Positions 21,635 through 32,162 of a stretch of 64,000 nt of DNA are shown one piece after another (within the stretch, counting starts at the first letter, position 1; every line of letters starts with the position of its first letter). The DNA comes from an uncultured virus (IMG/VR IMGVR_UViG_3300010342_000399). Taxonomy: Duplodnaviria; Heunggongvirae; Uroviricota; Caudoviricetes. The position numbers and the translations under genes are program-made. The stretch lies in IMG/VR virus record IMGVR_UViG_3300010342_000399. One strand, 5' to 3'. The notes below the pieces were generated by a model, which had not been told where the DNA came from, searched no databases, and saw only the letters and a list, made by a program, of their open reading frames with translations.

Positions 21635-21924
21635 TTCATTCTATTTAATATATTAATGATGATATCCGCTTCTTCTTTTGTGATAGACATATGTTGAAAT
21701 GAACCATGACTTCCACATTGAGTTATATCATAACCACTTTTATTTCCCCATTCTGTTATTTGAATAGTACTGCCCCAATTAACACAATCTTCAACAATTG
21801 TTTTAACAAAAAGTTCATTAGATGACGCATCTAATTCCATAACACTTTCATATTCTCCGGTTTCGAGAATTTTGGGTGTTTCCGTAACTTTTATTCTAGT
21901 TGGCATTTTCTTCTTCATAATCAT
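21631..21924 (-). CDS. Hypothetical protein
   Basis: EWGN..GYDI motif; coupled to the helicase gene. Confidence 0.65.
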   Translation of the reverse strand: MIMKKKMPTRIKVTETPKILETGEYESVMELDASSNELFVKTIVEDCVNWGSTIQITEWGNKSGYDITQCGSHGSFQHMSITKEEADIIINILNRMK

Positions 21925-24562
21925 TTTCCTCGTTTATTAATATTGTTGCTGATGTTGTGGGTCTGGTAAATGACGTATATTTTAATTGATTTCTTTCTTT
22001 AATAATTCGATTTAAATCTATATCATTTTCCATGACAAATACATGAGTATATGTGCTACCTTGAGAATTATGAACAATAAAGCCATCAGCTACATATTGA
22101 TGAATATTTTCAATTTCTAAATCATACATAATTTTTTCATCAATTTCTTCAATTTCAACTATTTTATCATAAAAATATTGATTTTCTAATATTTTTATAA
22201 AGAAATGATCTATACCTACTTTATTTGAATTATAAATTTGAATAATATCTTGAAGATGAGAATATGTTAATTTTTTATTTTTCAGATAATATAATAATTT
22301 TTTTTGTTCTTCACTTGGCATTTTTATTTTATCTCTTTTTATCATTTCTATAATTTTATGCCTAAATGGAATAATATCGAGATTTTTATCGTTTATTGAG
22401 TTACAATTATCTATATCATTTTTCTTTCTATTAAGTCTACATGATATGTATTTTCTATAAATTAAACTATTCTTTCCTGATATAGATAATATGTATGATT
22501 CTTGATTTTTAGTATATGATGAAATTATTCCAAATTCTAATAACAAATTTTGAACTTGTTTAGTTAAAGTATATGATTTATTAATAAAATTAATTGTGCC
22601 ATTTTTATTAATAGTTCCATTTCCATCAAACAACCCAGCAATAAAATCAGATTTTTCTTGATATGTACCATTTAATACTAAAAATGGAACAGATTTTTCA
22701 TTATGATTTTCATACTTTAAACCAATACTATGTAAAAATGTTCTCCATTCTGCGTTTGTGACAATAATGGTTGTTACGCCATGTTCTTTATCTATATGCT
22801 CGCCAAAATATAATCCTCTTCCATTATAAAACTGTTTTATAAAATCAATATTATCAGTATCATTGATATCTATTGTTATTGATAATGTAAATTTTTCATT
22901 TATATTATTATAATATTCATCTGCTATGAGTAACCCCATATAATAATGTATCTCACGATTAGATAAGGATAAAGATGTTTCCAAAGAACATCTATTTATT
23001 GGGATAAAATCACCAATTTCATATTTTTTTAATTCTTGAAACTCATTATCAATATTTAATATTTTATGATCTTGCGAGCACTCAATTTCGTAACCATATT
23101 CGGTTTTTATTTTATATGCTTTCTTATAACCGACATAAATTTTATCTATAATTTTTTCAAAATTATTATTACCGGAACATACGCTATCGCCAATGTTTAT
23201 ATTCTTTATTTTAACAAATCCATTGCGGGTTAATACTTCGGCATCTTCTGATATACATTTATGTGCTGTAATAGCCATACCATAGTCCATATCTTTTACT
23301 ATTATTTCATGTTTATTTCTTGATTTACCATCTTTAAATTTCATAATTGTTTTCATAAGAATGTTATTACGTCTAAAATCATAATATTCATTCCATGCTC
23401 CTATTCCATTATGTTTTTTACCATAATCTTTATAGAGATCATGTAATTCTGCATATCTATATAAATTATCATGATCTTTAATATCTATTATGAATATATT
23501 CTTATATTTAAATTTACCATGAGGAAGATCTTCCCGTATTTGAACAAACCAACCTTTAATTTTATATTTATTTTCTGTAAGATCCGATTTTTTAACAACT
23601 CTATAATCAGCAGAATTTTCAATAATATTATATCGTGAAGAAACTGATCTTATGCTTCTATACGCCATTAATATATCACCAATTTCAATAACATCCGCAT
23701 TATCTCCAAATAATGTTGTTCTGATAACCTTATTCGCTCCTTGTACTGTTTTATTTCTCCATGCAATTACTTTAGCAAAATCTGTATTCAATTTAAATTC
23801 ATCGGATGTATATTTTTTAAGGATTTCATTTTTAAATTCTATTTTATCACTTATAAATCTAATACCTTCTCCTAGGTCATTCATTTCACTTTTTCTAACA
23901 AAACCGCCATCAGGTTTATTTAAATTATTTCGAAGAACATTTGAGATATTAAAAAGCGGATTGGATTCACTTTGCCTTTCGATTTTAGTTAACTGATAAT
24001 ATTCGTTTTTGAACTGATTAAATACAACACTTTCTTTTTCTCCAACAGGTGGTATTTGTGCAGGATCACCCATAAAAAGAACTTTTGTTTGTGTATTTTT
24101 AGTTTCATCAACAATTATATTATAAAGATCTTCATTAATCATTGATGACTCATCTATAATAACAAGATCATAATCCGTAATTTTTGGAACAGCAATTGGG
24201 GCAAATTCAGGATCATTTGGATTAAAATTATCTAGATCTACATCAGGACGAAGTCCAAGTAAGGAATGTAGAGTTTGAGCATTCATATTTGTTGTGCTCA
24301 TTAAAACTTTTTTAGCTTTATGTGTTGGCGCACTCACAACAATCTCATGAGGATATTCATCAATAATTTTTTTTATACATGTAGTTTTTCCAGTACCTGC
24401 ATGTCCGGCTAGCGTGAAAAATGTATCACCATTTTTTAACCAATAACGAATTTTATTAATAGCTTCATATTGTTCATCATTGAATGTAATTATTTTTCCT
24501 GTTGGTAAAATTAACTGATTTTCTTCAATACGTTTAGTTTTTTTATATTTTTTTGACATCAT
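21896..24562 (-). CDS. Dda/RecD-like SF1B DNA helicase containing an intein
   Basis: GHAGTGKT, APTHKA, IDESSM, GDPAQIPPV, TAHK|SQGSTY split by the intein. Confidence 0.93.
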   Translation of the reverse strand: MMSKKYKKTKRIEENQLILPTGKIITFNDEQYEAINKIRYWLKNGDTFFTLAGHAGTGKTTCIKKIIDEYPHEIVVSAPTHKAKKVLMSTTNMNAQTLHSLLGLRPDVDLDNFNPNDPEFAPIAVPKITDYDLVIIDESSMINEDLYNIIVDETKNTQTKVLFMGDPAQIPPVGEKESVVFNQFKNEYYQLTKIERQSESNPLFNISNVLRNNLNKPDGGFVRKSEMNDLGEGIRFISDKIEFKNEILKKYTSDEFKLNTDFAKVIAWRNKTVQGANKVIRTTLFGDNADVIEIGDILMAYRSIRSVSSRYNIIENSADYRVVKKSDLTENKYKIKGWFVQIREDLPHGKFKYKNIFIIDIKDHDNLYRYAELHDLYKDYGKKHNGIGAWNEYYDFRRNNILMKTIMKFKDGKSRNKHEIIVKDMDYGMAITAHKCISEDAEVLTRNGFVKIKNINIGDSVCSGNNNFEKIIDKIYVGYKKAYKIKTEYGYEIECSQDHKILNIDNEFQELKKYEIGDFIPINRCSLETSLSLSNREIHYYMGLLIADEYYNNINEKFTLSITIDINDTDNIDFIKQFYNGRGLYFGEHIDKEHGVTTIIVTNAEWRTFLHSIGLKYENHNEKSVPFLVLNGTYQEKSDFIAGLFDGNGTINKNGTINFINKSYTLTKQVQNLLLEFGIISSYTKNQESYILSISGKNSLIYRKYISCRLNRKKNDIDNCNSINDKNLDIIPFRHKIIEMIKRDKIKMPSEEQKKLLYYLKNKKLTYSHLQDIIQIYNSNKVGIDHFFIKILENQYFYDKIVEIEEIDEKIMYDLEIENIHQYVADGFIVHNSQGSTYTHVFVMENDIDLNRIIKERNQLKYTSFTRPTTSATILINEENDYEEENAN
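22067..23257 (-). mobile_element. 397-aa intein with a LAGLIDADG homing endonuclease domain
   Basis: Begins CISEDAEV, block B CSQDHKI, GLLIADE and AGLFDGNG motifs, ends YDLEI..IVHN followed by Ser. Confidence 0.95.
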
Positions 24563-25161
24563 ATAATTTGTTTATAATACCATTCGTTATTGGCAAAGCC
24601 TTCCATATAATACACCATTGCATCGCCAATTCTTCGATTATGTCCAAATGACCATTCTAATTCATTTATTGAAAAATCATGCCATGACATCCATTTAACT
24701 AATGATGTCTCATTTGATGTATAATTTTCAATATGTTTTGGAAATTGATCTATACTTGCTGCACTAAAATCTAATACTATTACATAATTGTGTTCAATAT
24801 TTTGTCTTTTATTGTAAATAGAATTAGGGTTAGAATCAACAAAAAATGGTTGTTTATTATTATCAAATATAATGTAATCGTCATAATCAGGAATATACAA
24901 AGATGTTTCTTCATATATTTCTCTAAGCATGGCTTCATATAATGTTTCATTCCAATCAAGATAACCACAAGGTACTCCAAATTTATTTGGTTCAGTATCC
25001 ATGTTTTCACTTCTTTTAATAATTAAGATATGCATTTGTTCAGAATTAATCTTTTCTGGCATTAATGCAAATATAAATCCTTGTACTGAAGTGCATCTAG
25101 ATTTCCAGTAATCATCGCTAATATATTTATTAGGAATGTTTTTAAATATCGGTTTTCTCAT
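24559..25161 (-). CDS. Nudix hydrolase
   Basis: PCGYLDWNETLYEAMLREIYEETSL Nudix box. Confidence 0.9.
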   Translation of the reverse strand: MRKPIFKNIPNKYISDDYWKSRCTSVQGFIFALMPEKINSEQMHILIIKRSENMDTEPNKFGVPCGYLDWNETLYEAMLREIYEETSLYIPDYDDYIIFDNNKQPFFVDSNPNSIYNKRQNIEHNYVIVLDFSAASIDQFPKHIENYTSNETSLVKWMSWHDFSINELEWSFGHNRRIGDAMVYYMEGFANNEWYYKQII

Positions 25162-25162
25162 T

Positions 25163-25680
25163 TTATAATTTTAGTATTTTGTTTTTTAATGACCAAATTC
25201 TCATTGTGCCTAAATGAACAATTTTTAATTTTTCATTATCTGTTAATTTTCTAGCTAATTTATTTTTGACAGTGCCTCTTTTTCTCCATACATTTATATC
25301 CCATTTCTTATTCCAACTATTAAACCACTTATCACAAGTTAATATTCCAGTATCTTTTGGCATTAAATCTTTACATATTTCATAAAGTGATTCGGGGATG
25401 GCATAATAAAATTCTTGTATTCTATTTAAATCATCTTGATGTTTATGTTTCTTTTTAAAATCGGCTATTAGATCTGATTTATTTGTTTTTATTTCAATTT
25501 CAATGGCGTAACCATTTTTTTCACAATAAAAATATCTGATTCATGATTCATAAATCCCCAAGATATGTTGGGAACTATAATATTTTGTCGATACCCAAAA
25601 TACTTGGAAATGGCAATTTCCATTTCTATTGTTAATATTTTCGATTTCTTTGATTTTGTTTTTTTAAATTTTATAGACAT
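25163..25680 (-). pseudogene. PD-(D/E)XK (MmcB-like) nuclease gene split by a frameshift
   Basis: HESDIFIVKK joins NGYAIEIEIK..SDLIADFKKKH..FYYAIP and then MPKDTGIL if one A is added to the A7 run at 25515-25521. Confidence 0.75.
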
Positions 25681-25766
25681 TATTTACCATATATTTTTAC
25701 AAGTATAATAAAAAATATTGATATTATTGATATAAATTGTAATTTTTTTATAATAAATTCAATTTT

Positions 25767-26060
25767 TTAGACTATAATTTCTTCTTTTTTTATTCGAAAC
25801 GATTTACCGTCTTTTTTGGCTTTTGATTTAATTTTATCTTTTAATTTGTGTCCTATTTTTTCTGCCGCTAATTTAGCATCAACACAAGTTTCTAAACTAT
25901 CATCTTCATATGTCTTTCCATTGACAACAGCATTACCTACATAAAGATTTTGAAATGGTTCTACCACCCCATCTCTTAATATAAGATTAACAGAGACTAA
26001 TATTTCTTTTACTTCTTTATTAACAATGTATGTTAATTTATATGTACCTTTTAAATTCAT
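25767..26060 (-). CDS. Hypothetical protein
   Basis: 97-aa ORF. Confidence 0.65.
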   Translation of the reverse strand: MNLKGTYKLTYIVNKEVKEILVSVNLILRDGVVEPFQNLYVGNAVVNGKTYEDDSLETCVDAKLAAEKIGHKLKDKIKSKAKKDGKSFRIKKEEIIV

Positions 26061-26233
26061 GATAATTAAACTTTGAACTATATGTGATTGCCTTGAGAAA
26101 ATTTATTGCTTATCAAAATAATATATTTTATTTATTTCTTTATTTAAAATATTTCTATTATGTTGATATAAAGATAAAAATAATTTTTAACATTTCAAAA
26201 TAATTTATCATATATTTATATTAAAACATCCTA

Positions 26234-26737
26234 ATGGCACACATTAAGTTATTTCCAATTGCTAAAAAAATAGAACTGGAAAATTCTATATCAACTAAAA
26301 TTTTAAAACGCGTTCCATTTTTAAAATCATATGATATAAAAATTTATGAAAAAGATACGTTATTCTTACAAAAATCGGCTTATTATGATGCTAATGCGGT
26401 AACAGAAAATACCGTAGCTTATTTTAGGATTTTTTTATATTCAGATTTTAGATATAGTGAAAGAATAATTAATAATAATAAAATTTACAATTTCAACTTA
26501 AAAAATACGTTATATATTCCGCCGGTAACAACTGATTTACCTGAATTAACAAGGCATGCAAGTAATATAATATGTCGTCATGAAGGTAAAAAAACGTCAT
26601 TTAATAAAGATGTTATAATTAAAAAGAATGAAATTATAAGCGATTCCGAACTCAATGAAATAATTAATATGATAAATCAAAAATTTTTTGAGTTAGAAGC
26701 ACTTGCTGAAAAACATCATATTGATTTATTTAATTAA
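26234..26737 (+). CDS. Hypothetical late-type protein
   Basis: ORF preceded by TATTTATA. Confidence 0.7.
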   Translation: MAHIKLFPIAKKIELENSISTKILKRVPFLKSYDIKIYEKDTLFLQKSAYYDANAVTENTVAYFRIFLYSDFRYSERIINNNKIYNFNLKNTLYIPPVTTDLPELTRHASNIICRHEGKKTSFNKDVIIKKNEIISDSELNEIINMINQKFFELEALAEKHHIDLFN

Positions 26738-26765
26738 ATAAATATTTATATAAAAATATCTTACT

Positions 26766-27623
26766 ATGAAAACAATATCTAATTGGTTTAAAAAAATATT
26801 TGGTCACAAGCCCAATAAAAATAGTAAATTAGGATGGAAACGAGATCTTCCGGATCCTAGAGACCATAAATTTAAAATTATTCAACAAGTTAAATTACCA
26901 TTAATTGTTGATATGAGGGATAAATGCCCACCTGTATATGATCAAGGACAAATTGGATCTTGTACAGCTAATGCAATGGGTGGAATTTTTCAATTTGAAC
27001 AAATGAGACAAGAAATTCCTAATTTTATGCCATCAAGACTGTTTATCTATTATAACACTAGGGCAATAGAAGGAACGATTAATGAAGATGCTGGTGCCAC
27101 ACTTAGAAATACAATGAAATCAATGGTTGAATTCGGTGTGTGTCCAGAAAAAATGTGGGGTTATGGAAGATGTTTTAAAAGAAAACCATTTAATAATTGT
27201 TATGTTGAAGGCGAAAAAAATCAAGTTCTTGAATATCTTAGGGTTACACACTCAATGTATGATATAAAATTTACATTATCTGAAGGATACCCAGTTGCTT
27301 TTGGTATGATGTTATATGAATCATTCATGAGTGATGATGTTACTAGAACTGGAAAAGTACCAATGCCTATACTTTCTCAGGAATCATCACTTGGTGGACA
27401 TGCGGTAATGTTGGTTGGATATAATGATACAAAAAGAGAGTTTATAGTTAGAAATAGTTGGGGTAGAAGTTGGGGAGATCATGGATATTTTTATCTTCCA
27501 TATGAGTATGTTGAAACACCAAATCTAACCGCAGACTACTGGACTATTAAATTAGTAGAAGGACCCGAGCCTAAAACACCAGAAAAAAAAACCAGAAAAA
27601 AAAGAACAACTAAAACTGAATAA
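26766..27623 (+). CDS. Papain-like C1 cysteine peptidase
   Basis: DQGQIGSCTANA, GGHAV, VRNSWG..WGDHGY. Confidence 0.95.
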   Translation: MKTISNWFKKIFGHKPNKNSKLGWKRDLPDPRDHKFKIIQQVKLPLIVDMRDKCPPVYDQGQIGSCTANAMGGIFQFEQMRQEIPNFMPSRLFIYYNTRAIEGTINEDAGATLRNTMKSMVEFGVCPEKMWGYGRCFKRKPFNNCYVEGEKNQVLEYLRVTHSMYDIKFTLSEGYPVAFGMMLYESFMSDDVTRTGKVPMPILSQESSLGGHAVMLVGYNDTKREFIVRNSWGRSWGDHGYFYLPYEYVETPNLTADYWTIKLVEGPEPKTPEKKTRKKRTTKTE

Positions 27624-27652
27624 TTAAAAAAATATTTGGTAATCAAAATAAG

Positions 27653-27684
27653 AAACCCCGATATAAAAATGTCGGGGTTTTTTT
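27653..27684 (+). terminator. Intrinsic terminator
   Basis: aaaccccga...tcggggttt followed by a T-run. Confidence 0.85.
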
Positions 27685-27757
27685 GTTCTTTAAATATTGA
27701 TTGCATAGCTCAATTGATGGTTATGGTAGACATAATTATCTACCATATTCTACCAAA

Positions 27758-28150
27758 CTATCTCTTGATTTGCAAGATGACCGGCTGTTGTTTTTTATTT
27801 TCAATCCAATCAACAACAACACCAACAAGAAGTTGAATTAGGCCTTTAAATAATAAACCTTCTGATTCTTCATCAAGCCCCGGCACATCAATTAACATAT
27901 TAATAACATCTGCTGCCAATGTTTCTGCTCTTTCAAGATCCACATCTAAAACAGCATCAACTAGTTCTCCTAATTTAATCTTAATTTCAACTTTGATCTT
28001 GTCTCCAAATTTATCATCAAGAAATGTAATAAGAGCTTTGAATACATATCCATCAATAAGTTCTAGAACACCTTTTAATTTAATTACGTCATCTAGTAAT
28101 TCGGCTAATTTTTTTTCCTGTTCAACAGTTAAAATACCCTTTTCTTCCAT
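27758..28150 (-). CDS. Hypothetical helical protein
   Basis: 130-aa ORF, TATTTATA upstream, ends in TAG. Confidence 0.75.
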   Translation of the reverse strand: MEEKGILTVEQEKKLAELLDDVIKLKGVLELIDGYVFKALITFLDDKFGDKIKVEIKIKLGELVDAVLDVDLERAETLAADVINMLIDVPGLDEESEGLLFKGLIQLLVGVVVDWIENKKQQPVILQIKR

Positions 28151-28396
28151 TTTAATAATTTTTAATTTGTTTATTTTTATCTATTATAAATATATGAAAA
28201 AAATATAATTCATTTAGTTTAAAAAGTAAAGATAATAAAATATTGTTGGTAAATTATTATAACCACTTGGAGCAACAGCCATTAAAATAAGATGGATATT
28301 TTCAACATTAATAAAATAATTTTTTGAAAGTTGATGATAATTTTTTTACTCTAAAATACAAGGTTCGAGTCCTACTACCTCCGCTTAAAAATTTAT

Positions 28397-28490
28397 TTGG
28401 AAATGATATTTTATCATGGTATATCTGCCTGATAAGCAGTAGAAAGAGTAGTTTTGGTTATACGAAGGTTCAAATCCTTCTATCCGACCA
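28397..28490 (+). tRNA. Degenerate tRNA-like element (GAT anticodon, long variable region)
   Basis: ctgc-ctGATaa-gcag arm, gaagg-ttcaaat-ccttc T-arm, 3' CCA; weak D and acceptor stems. Confidence 0.45.
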
Positions 28491-28642
28491 ATATAAATTA
28501 ATCATAGAGACGGTATATTCAGAAATAAAATTAACAACCCAGTTTATCCTTATATTTTATTTTATTTTAATTTATAATATTTATAAATATATTTTGAAAA
28601 TTCAATAATTATTTATATTTTTGTACATTATATTTATATAGT

Positions 28643-29287
28643 ATGAGTGAGGAAATGAGAATGCTTATTAATGAATTCAAAGAATTCAATAAGCACAGAA
28701 GAATATTTACAGAAGCTAAATTAAGTAGAATATGGCAATATATTCAAGATGATTCAAGATCTTTTGGTATAATATCCGCATATCGAAATGAACGTAGCAA
28801 AGAAGAAAATGAAAATAAACACTTATTACTACGTAAAAAAATAAGATCAATGAATTATGGTTATATTGAGCTTAAAGGTGGATATGTTGAAATTGATGCG
28901 AAAGGAAACCATATACCAGTGGAGGAAGAATCATTATTTATCCCATCTATCAAAAAAGATGAGTTATTAAAATTAGGAATTGAGTTTAATCAAGATTCTG
29001 TTATTTATAAGAATAAAAATGAATTTGTAATATTATCAACCAATGAAAAAGATGGAATTGGTACTCCTTTACTTGATTTCATTAAAAATGGGTGGGATAA
29101 AAATTATACATTTGATTCCGAAGAAACGAAAAAAGTTTTTTCAAGTCTTGCAAAAGGTAGTCATAGAGGTAAAAAATTCGCATATAATGTTAAAGAATCA
29201 TTTCTTTACGAAGTGGTTGGATATACTAGCCTAGATGCATATAGAGGAAAAAAATATGAAGATACTGATTTAATTAAACTTTTATAA
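28643..29287 (+). CDS. Conserved phage protein (DUF3293-like)
   Basis: FGIISAYR, GGYVE..EESLFI, LG.EFNQDSVI. Confidence 0.7.
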   Translation: MSEEMRMLINEFKEFNKHRRIFTEAKLSRIWQYIQDDSRSFGIISAYRNERSKEENENKHLLLRKKIRSMNYGYIELKGGYVEIDAKGNHIPVEEESLFIPSIKKDELLKLGIEFNQDSVIYKNKNEFVILSTNEKDGIGTPLLDFIKNGWDKNYTFDSEETKKVFSSLAKGSHRGKKFAYNVKESFLYEVVGYTSLDAYRGKKYEDTDLIKLL

Positions 29288-29467
29288 TATTTAATACTAC
29301 ATTACAAGGATTCAAAAATATTATTATTGATGGGCATATTTTTTTTCTTCACTATATATAAATCATTAAAAAAATATTTAAATAGGTAGCATTACTAACC
29401 AGATCCCAATAATTTTAATGTTCAATTAATAGTACCAAAATAGTATTCACGATATTATTTATGGTAT

Positions 29468-29619
29468 AGATCCTAGGTGCATAAGACGCTGTCCTAATGT
29501 TCAGGAGGGAAACCGAGGTTAGTGAAGGGCATCATGTTAAGCCACGGAAGAACTGAGAGACATTGAGTATACCTGTAATGGTTTCGGGAATCGTGAGTAA
29601 AAGGCTCACACTAGGATCT
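29468..29619 (+). ncRNA. Candidate ~150-nt structured RNA abutting tRNA-Phe
   Basis: GC-rich island closed by agatcctag/ctaggatct; internal gtgag/ctcac hairpin. Confidence 0.55.
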
Positions 29620-29623
29620 TTTT

Positions 29624-29698
29624 GGAGTGGTAGAGCAGTTGGTCAGTTCGCATCGGATTGAAAATCCGGAAATGGTGGTTCGATTCCACCCCATTCCA
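29624..29698 (+). tRNA. tRNA-Phe(GAA)
   Basis: ggagtgg/ccattcc acceptor; tcgga-ttGAAaa-tccgg; 2 extra nt before the anticodon stem. Confidence 0.8.
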
Positions 29699-29758
29699 CA
29701 ATATTCGGTTCGAGTCCGATTGGTTACACAATTGATATTTATAGTTATATATTTAATT

Positions 29759-30613
29759 ATGAAAAAAGTGGTTCTTACTCTAATATTAATTTTTATCACA
29801 ATTTATGCGCTATCACAAGATATTGTATATGATTCTCTAATAGGAAACAAAAATTATTGGAGAAGAATAAAAGTTGGTGAAAATGAAACAATTCTTAACA
29901 CTTATTTCCAGAATCAAGGAATTATAAGTAAATCTAAAATTCTAATGGCTGCCGGTATTTGGGATGGACTTGTGGAAAATATTGATTATAAAATCATTCC
30001 TTTAGATTATGAAGTTTTAACAATTGAATTCAAATCAGATGAAATGTTAAATTTGATTCTTTACAAATACCAATATAATGAAAATTATTCATATAATTTC
30101 TTGGGATTAAGAAAAGCCAAATCTGGGGATGATTTATTTACTGGAAAATATTTATTTGTTTGCCCCATTCCATTAGATTCAAAAATTTCTGTTTATAATG
30201 GATTGGGATCCAAAAGAAAGTTGTTTCTGTCAATGAATGGAGATGAAATAGATGAAAACTCATATACCGATTATAATATAAATAAAGAAGTTACGTTTAA
30301 AATAATAAACGGTAAAAAAAGACTAATGCAACCCATAGTTAAAAATTTTATAATTAATGAAAACGATTATGAAAGCCGTATAGTTGCTTGGCCAAATCCT
30401 GTTAAAGATATGTTACATATCAAAATTTTAGAAAATCCGGGACTTATTTTAAGAATTCACACATTAACTGGTTTAACAAGATATGAATCATTAATAAATT
30501 CAGAAATAACTGATATTAATTTATCTTCATATGTGCCTGGAACATACGTTCTAGTTTTTACAGATAATACTAATACGAGTATTTTACATACAATTAAAAT
30601 AATAAAAAGGTAA
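29759..30613 (+). CDS. Secreted protein with a T9SS type A C-terminal sorting domain
   Basis: Signal peptide from ATG 29759; WPNPVKD..I..LTG..INLSSY.PGTY..KIIKR. Confidence 0.88.
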   Translation: MKKVVLTLILIFITIYALSQDIVYDSLIGNKNYWRRIKVGENETILNTYFQNQGIISKSKILMAAGIWDGLVENIDYKIIPLDYEVLTIEFKSDEMLNLILYKYQYNENYSYNFLGLRKAKSGDDLFTGKYLFVCPIPLDSKISVYNGLGSKRKLFLSMNGDEIDENSYTDYNINKEVTFKIINGKKRLMQPIVKNFIINENDYESRIVAWPNPVKDMLHIKILENPGLILRIHTLTGLTRYESLINSEITDINLSSYVPGTYVLVFTDNTNTSILHTIKIIKR

Positions 30614-30801
30614 TATTATGTTAAAACTTTTACTTATTTTTTTGTCAATTATAATAATATGCTGTTTTTGCATTTTTATAATTGGTATAATGATCCCTCC
30701 TATTTTATTTGCATTTTGTGTTTTAACTAATTATATAAAATGTATAAAAAAACAAATTGCTAATAATAAAATAATATCATCTATTTAACTAAATGATATA
30801 T

Positions 30802-30875
30802 GCCTGATTAACTTTAATTGGTAGAGTGCCACACTTGTAATGTGGAAGTTGAGGGTTCGAGTCCCTCATCAGGCT
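30802..30875 (+). tRNA. tRNA-Thr(TGT)
   Basis: gcctgat/atcaggc; ccaca-ctTGTaa-tgtgg. Confidence 0.93.
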
Positions 30876-31117
30876 CTTTTTTTAATTAAATTCAAATTAT
30901 TAGCATATTTATTGAAATGAAATGTAAAAAAAAAAGATTAATTGGCGTTACATTAAAAAATTGTTTAAATGTAATCTAAGCAAAAAACGTAATAATTTAA
31001 ACATTGATGAATTTTTTATTAAAGAAAAAATTAAAAAAGTTCTTTAATAACTTATATTTATTCAATAACAAAATATAGTAAAAACAAACATTAACTATCA
31101 AAACATGGAAGAGTGTA

Positions 31118-31345
31118 ATGAAAATAATGAAGAAAAAAAATATGGAATCGTTATTCCTAATTCTAGGGACATTCTTCAATCCATTAGGATACGATGCGCT
31201 TTTAAAATGGGTAATGAATATGACTGGTAGTTATTGGTTTTCAATATTAATTTTTTATCTAATATCCTTATTTTGTTTTATAATATATTTTTTCTTAGCT
31301 AAAATCAATCCATTTTCTATATTAAAAAGAAAAATAAAATTTTAA
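31118..31345 (+). CDS. Small membrane protein
   Basis: FFNPLGYDALL..TGSYW motif, hydrophobic. Confidence 0.6.
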   Translation: MKIMKKKNMESLFLILGTFFNPLGYDALLKWVMNMTGSYWFSILIFYLISLFCFIIYFFLAKINPFSILKRKIKF

Positions 31346-31354
31346 ATAAGATTT

Positions 31355-31429
31355 GCCTCTGTAGCTCAATTGGATAGTAGCATCAGATTTCTAATCTGAG
31401 AGTTATGAGTTCGAATCTCATCAGAGGTA
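31355..31429 (+). tRNA. tRNA-Arg(TCT)
   Basis: gcctctg/cagaggt; tcaga-ttTCTaa-tctga. Confidence 0.9.
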
Positions 31430-31442
31430 CATTTAAAACAAA

Positions 31443-31465
31443 AATCCCCTCTTAAAAGGGGATCT
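31443..31465. terminator. Hairpin between convergent units
   Basis: atcccct..aggggat preceded by an A-run. Confidence 0.65.
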
Positions 31466-31547
31466 TAGTAAATTACGTTTACCATTCGGCTATTTTTTAA
31501 CATCAATGTGTTTTTTAGTTTTTATATATTTTATTTAAAATAGCCCA

Positions 31548-32162
31548 TTATATCCAGTATGGTGCCGTTTGAAGGCCAAAATTTTTCTTTGTAACTGGTT
31601 TAGGTTGCTCTGCATTTGCAGAAGACATCATTACATAGTTATTTTTAGGTGGTGGTTGTGTTTTTTGTCCTGGCATAGAATACCTATTTAAAGGAGTTTT
31701 ATCTTGAGCAGTAATATCTGTCATATATTTAATCTTTGCTTGTTTAGATATAAGTTTTTGCGTTTCCTCATCAGCAATCCCTGTAGGTCGTAAACCATTA
31801 TTTTGTTGAAAACGTTTTACTGAATCTTGAGTTATTGGTCCATATTTCCCATCAGCGCCTGTTCTACCAAGACGATATCCCAAAAATCTTAATTCTTTTT
31901 GAAGTTGAAGAACCTTCGAACTATAATCACCATATCTTAAATCAGTTCTTAACATATTTGGTTTTGAATATGTTGATTTTGGAATTGGTTTTTTTTCTGT
32001 ACTAATATTACCAGGAATTGTTATTGGTTTCGAGCCTAATTTAGATGCTGTGGTAGAAACAATATCTGGTGCTTTATATGTTGTTGAAAGTGGAGCTTCA
32101 TTTATTACTTCTTTAATGATCTTTTTAAGCTCATATTCTGTTAGTCTTATAATTCTTTTCAT
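31548..32162 (-). CDS. Peptidoglycan-binding (PG_binding_1) protein with a virion-type N-terminal leader
   Basis: LRYGD..V.QLQ..L..LGY..ADGKYGPIT..VKRFQ..NGL..TGIAD. Confidence 0.88.
   Translation of the reverse strand: MKRIIRLTEYELKKIIKEVINEAPLSTTYKAPDIVSTTASKLGSKPITIPGNISTEKKPIPKSTYSKPNMLRTDLRYGDYSSKVLQLQKELRFLGYRLGRTGADGKYGPITQDSVKRFQQNNGLRPTGIADEETQKLISKQAKIKYMTDITAQDKTPLNRYSMPGQKTQPPPKNNYVMMSSANAEQPKPVTKKNFGLQTAPYWI

Noticed and set aside
25510..25525. Programmed -1 frameshift in the MmcB-like gene
   Set aside because: The A7 run is not a properly phased slippery heptamer and no stimulator is evident; a homopolymer indel is simpler.
27695..27757. tRNA-like start (tagctcaattg) with a hairpin
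   Set aside because: No T-arm or acceptor pairing; more likely a terminator-region hairpin.
28324..28390. tRNA near 28330-28385, ORF 28324-28608, and T-arm remnant near 29705
   Set aside because: Only a GGTTCGAGTCC T-loop survives and no cloverleaf forms; the ORF is a chance frame over tRNA debris.
29627..29758. N-terminal extension of the T9SS-cargo ORF
   Set aside because: Overlaps tRNA-Phe; the signal peptide begins at ATG 29759.
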